Shown here in pieces: positions 62,780-64,000 of a stretch of 64,000 nucleotides of DNA. This DNA comes from an uncultured Actinomycetota bacterium. GTDB taxonomy: Bacteria > Actinomycetota > Actinomycetes > Mycobacteriales > SCTD01. How positions within the stretch are numbered: position 1 is the first letter of the stretch; each line of letters starts with the position of its first letter. Made by a program: the position numbers and the translations under genes. The stretch is taken from contig CAVXMC010000002.1 in assembly GCA_963762795.1 (NCBI GenBank), positions 765,951 to 829,950 on the forward strand, in the 5' to 3' direction. The notes below the pieces were generated by a model. It was not told where the DNA came from and ran no database searches. It worked only from the letters and a program-made list of their open reading frames with translations.

Positions 62780-62863
62780 CGCGCCCCTCCGCCGAACGTA
62801 GCGCTGCGCCCCGTCCCGGCCCCCGAGGCAACCGCACCGCTACGGTCGCCGGCGCAGGCTGCG

Positions 62864-63400
62864 TCAGCCGCGGAAGGCCTGGGCGGCGCGGAGCATCTCC
62901 GGCAGGTCGCTCCCCGACTGCGGCGGCAGCGCGTCGACCGGCCACCAGCGCACGTCGTCGGACTCGTCGCTGATCGCGGTCGCGGCCCCGTCGGCGGCGG
63001 CCAGCAGGTAGCGGACGTCGAGGTGGAAGCGCTCGCCGCAGGGCGCCGCGTGCCGGTCGAGGTGGACCGGCTGCGGGGAGACGAGGACCAGGTCAGGGAC
63101 CCCGGTCTCCTCCACCGCCTCGCGCAGGGCCGCCGCCGACAGGTCGGTGTCGCCGTCCTCGCCGTGGCCCCCGGGCTGCAGCCAGAGCTTGACCTTCTTG
63201 TGCAGCACGAGCAGGACGTGGGTGCGCGAGGCGTCCAGCACGACGGCGCTGGCGGTGAGGTGGTCGGGCGAGCCCTCGCGGCGTACGGACGACGGCCCGG
63301 TGGCGAGGCACTCCAGGAACTCCTGGCGCAGCGCGTCCTGGGCGGCGTCGGGGGCGGCCCAGCCGGTGAGGTCGGCGACGGCCGAGGAGTGCAGGCTCAC
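62864..63400 (-). CDS. NUDIX hydrolase
   Basis: The ORF-track gives 178 aa with the Nudix box GGHGEDGDTDLSAAALREAVEETGV. Confidence 0.85.
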   Translation of the reverse strand: MSLHSSAVADLTGWAAPDAAQDALRQEFLECLATGPSSVRREGSPDHLTASAVVLDASRTHVLLVLHKKVKLWLQPGGHGEDGDTDLSAAALREAVEETGVPDLVLVSPQPVHLDRHAAPCGERFHLDVRYLLAAADGAATAISDESDDVRWWPVDALPPQSGSDLPEMLRAAQAFRG

Positions 63401-64000
63401 CGGCCGGCGGGCATGGCCTGGGCCAGGTCGGCCAGGCGCAGGACACCGGTCTTGGCGTCGAGGTCCGGCGGCAGGTAGAGCCGCTGCACGGCGACCAGCA
63501 GCGCCTCGGCGACGGTGTCGCGGAAGGCCGGGTCGGCCAGCCGCGCGGCATCGGACCGGGAGGACAGGTGGCCCAGCTCCAGGCGTACGGCCGGCATGCG
63601 CGTGAGCCGCAGCAGCTCCCAGGTCTTGCCGTGGACCCGGCAGTCGAGCAGGTCGGTGCGGGCGACCACCTCGCGCTGCACGAGGGACGCGAGGTGCTCG
63701 CCGACGGTCGAGGTGACGCCGCTGCCCGTGCCGAAGTGGTAGCAGGCGACGCCCTCGGGCAGCGGCGAGGACGCCCCGTCGACGTGCAGCGACAGGACGA
63801 GGTCGGCGCCGCGCTCGTTGGCGTACGCCGCGCGCTCCGCGTCGGTCGGGCTGCCGTCCGGGCCGCGGGTGAGCAGGGTGCGCACGCCGGAGGCGACGAG
63901 GCGGCCCTCGAGCCGCGCCGCGAGGTCCTCCACGATGCCGGCCTCCTCGAGGCCGAACCCGGTCGCGCCGCGGTCGGCGCCGCCGTGGCCCGGGTCGAGC
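63397..64000 (-). CDS. cwlM: N-acetylmuramoyl-L-alanine amidase family protein (CwlM-like), 5' end outside the window
   Basis: ORF 63397..63933 continues in frame to the window edge (LDPGHGGADRGATGFGLEEAGIVEDLAARLE...LSLHVDG...). This is an Amidase_3 pattern. The feature is partial. Confidence 0.8.
   Translation of the reverse strand, partial: LDPGHGGADRGATGFGLEEAGIVEDLAARLEGRLVASGVRTLLTRGPDGSPTDAERAAYANERGADLVLSLHVDGASSPLPEGVACYHFGTGSGVTSTVGEHLASLVQREVVARTDLLDCRVHGKTWELLRLTRMPAVRLELGHLSSRSDAARLADPAFRDTVAEALLVAVQRLYLPPDLDAKTGVLRLADLAQAMPAGR

Overview
This is a very GC-rich actinobacterial chromosome segment centred on the replication origin. From about 21.5 kb to 64 kb it follows the classical ori-neighbourhood gene order. 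That order is tRNA-Leu, fhaA-fhaB-pstP-rodA-pbpA-pknA-pknB, trpG/pabA, an acyl-CoA ligase, class E sortase, DUF881, crgA, thiolase, a PH-domain protein, rhomboid and ppiA. It continues with tRNA-Ala, a DLW-type micro-ORF, tRNA-Ile, DUF3566, gyrA, gyrB, DUF721/DciA, recF, gnd and dnaN. Then come the oriC DnaA-box cluster, dnaA, rpmH-rnpA-yidD-yidC-jag-rsmG-parA-parB, a decayed M4 protease, ddl, an aminotransferase, GNAT, Nudix and cwlM, which is cut by the window end. The left third (1-21.3 kb) is metabolic and regulatory. It holds a heme-oxygenase-like protein, GT2, arginine deiminase, a SEC-C protein, oxidoreductases, rhodanese, Fpg/Nei, GGDEF/EAL, the pncB-pncA-nrtR NAD salvage operon, TetR+MMPL, a DrrAB-like ABC exporter and a crotonase. 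I saw no rRNA, CRISPR array, transposase, integrase, prophage or recognisable defence module, so I cannot point to a convincing new multi-gene system. The main signals are these. (1) About 17 single-base frame breaks sit in otherwise intact genes, including dnaA, gyrA and pknB, and one M4 protease gene has about 12 frame switches. (2) An acyl-CoA ligase appears fused to a roughly 240-aa Arg/Lys/Ala/Pro 'RKAA'-repeat tail. (3) Several unexplained non-coding structures occur: crossing inverted repeats after pknB, twin CACGTG-core palindromes between gyrB and gyrA, a palindrome in the gyrB leader, ectopic DnaA-box pairs, a 570-bp C-rich non-coding island with direct repeats, and a G-tract array. 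All family calls come from recall of conserved motifs in the ORF-track translations. No database search was run. Coordinates of frame breaks are approximate (about +/-10 nt).
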